From: Raillietiella orientalis
Lineage: Eukaryota
Direction: 5' to 3'
Length of the DNA: 64,000 nt
NCBI GenBank assembly: GCA_036172245.1
Contig: JAYWIR010000001.1
Span: forward strand, 6,448,001 to 6,512,000
Part shown: one piece after another, positions 62,786 to 64,000 of the stretch
How positions within the stretch are numbered: position 1 is the first letter of the stretch
Layout: every line of letters starts with the position of its first letter
The notes under the pieces: model-generated
The model's input: the letters and a program-made list of their open reading frames with translations, nothing else
Database searches by the model: none
Told to the model about the DNA's origin: nothing
Translations under genes and position numbers: made by a program

Positions 62786-64000
62786 CTGGGGGGAGGCGGG
62801 AGGAGGAAGACGAAAGGGGTGGGGAGCTGCAAGGCGCGGGTCGGGGGTCGGGGATGGAAGGGGAGCAGGGGAGCCGCCCACGCTACTCCGCATTCCGCTC
62901 TCGGCTCCCCAGAGGGGAGGCAAAGGGAGGGATGGCGACGGCGGCGCCGAGGGGGCCGCCGCGGGCGCGGGCGCGCCTGGAAAAGTCTGTGCGGACTGTC
63001 GCGGACACGCAACGCCGCCGCCGCAGCCGCCGAGCGCGGCCCAGGTGTGCGCTTCGCCCTGCGAAGAGGACTTTTGATTTCGGGATGGCGCAGCTTTTTT
63101 CCTGGGGGAGGCCGGGAGAGTCAGGCTAGAGGAAACGCCCCCTTGCCTCCTCCCCTTCCGTGCCTTAGCGTGCAGTCGCGCGCGGGCCGCTGCGCCCACC
63201 CTTGGCCTTCTCTCCATGGGGAGGCGAGGTCCTGGAAGGGACAGCGGCGGCGAGTCGTGGGGCCCGGAGGCGTCGCCTCCCGTTGGCGGGGCCCGCCGCG
63301 GGACGTCCCGCGCGGACGACGGTTCGCGGTCGCATCGCAACTGAAGGTCGCTGGCGCTGCGCCCTCGTATGGGAGAGGGAGAGAGAGAGGGAGGTCCAAG
63401 ACGAGGCATGCCCGTCCCTCCGGGAGGTCACTGGGGGGTCACTGAGGGAGTCACTCCGGGAAATGTCCGAGCGGGCAGCGGGACGGGTGACGTGCCGCCA
63501 GCGGGGTGTCCGTCCACCGGCCGAAGTAGGGCGGGCGGCACGGTTCCCCCTCCCCTCCGCTCCCTTACGAAAGCAAGGCGTCGGCAAGGTGGGTGTGGGA
63601 GGGTGCGGGTAGGTGGGTGGGGTGCGCCTGCGACAGCTACCTGCAGGTGGCGTCCGTTCTTTCCATCTGCGCTCCCTCGCTCTCACCGACGCTCATGCAT
63701 GTCGCCCCGGCAACCGCAAGAAATCCGCGTACGCTCACCGCCGCGACGCACCGCTCACTAAGGAGACGAGGCGGCGGCGGTTGCGGCGGCGGCGGCGGCG
63801 GCGACGGCGGCGGCGGGAGAGTCGGGGGAAAAGGGAGGAAAAAAAAAAAAAAAAACCTCGTGTGTGTGTGTGCGCGCGCGCGCGCTCGAGGAGAGGAAAG
63901 AAAAAAAAAATCTCCTTTGCCCGAGGGCGGATCTGCTGGACCTTCGCGCGCCGCTCCTCGGCCGCCGACGCCGACACCGATCAGCTGATCGCGCGCGGGC

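Noticed and set aside
62786-64000. Candidate first coding exon of dysf
   Set aside because: I could not identify a convincing ATG plus phase-2 donor; the exon may lie beyond the window.

Overview
Eukaryotic genomic DNA, most likely from an arthropod (inferred from the dysfusion-type bHLH-PAS gene), in two very different parts. Left part (~1-22.8 kb, interrupted by a GC-rich repeat block at ~12-16.6 kb): AT-rich, with compact housekeeping genes whose introns are mostly 36-52 nt. These are OTUB1 (+), RBBP5 (-), and a tandem ashwin (C2orf49-like) then DGCR6/gonadal pair (-). Right part (~29.3-64 kb): very GC/CpG-rich, with decayed repeats and a large-intron dysfusion/NPAS4-type bHLH-PAS gene (-; first exon not located). 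The two parts are bridged by a near-identical ~5.4 kb inverted duplication (11087-16529 / 23884-29322). It copies RBBP5 exons 1-4, their upstream region and a decayed RLE-type non-LTR retrotransposon, and it brackets the ashwin-DGCR6 pair. Most notable observation: the ashwin stop codon overlaps an in-frame DGCR6 ATG (CC-ATG-A, an ATGA stop/start overlap), with a second in-frame ATG 14 nt after the stop. This points to a dicistronic, possibly translationally coupled, animal mRNA. All gene models were built by hand from GT-AG sites and frame continuity; no searches were run.
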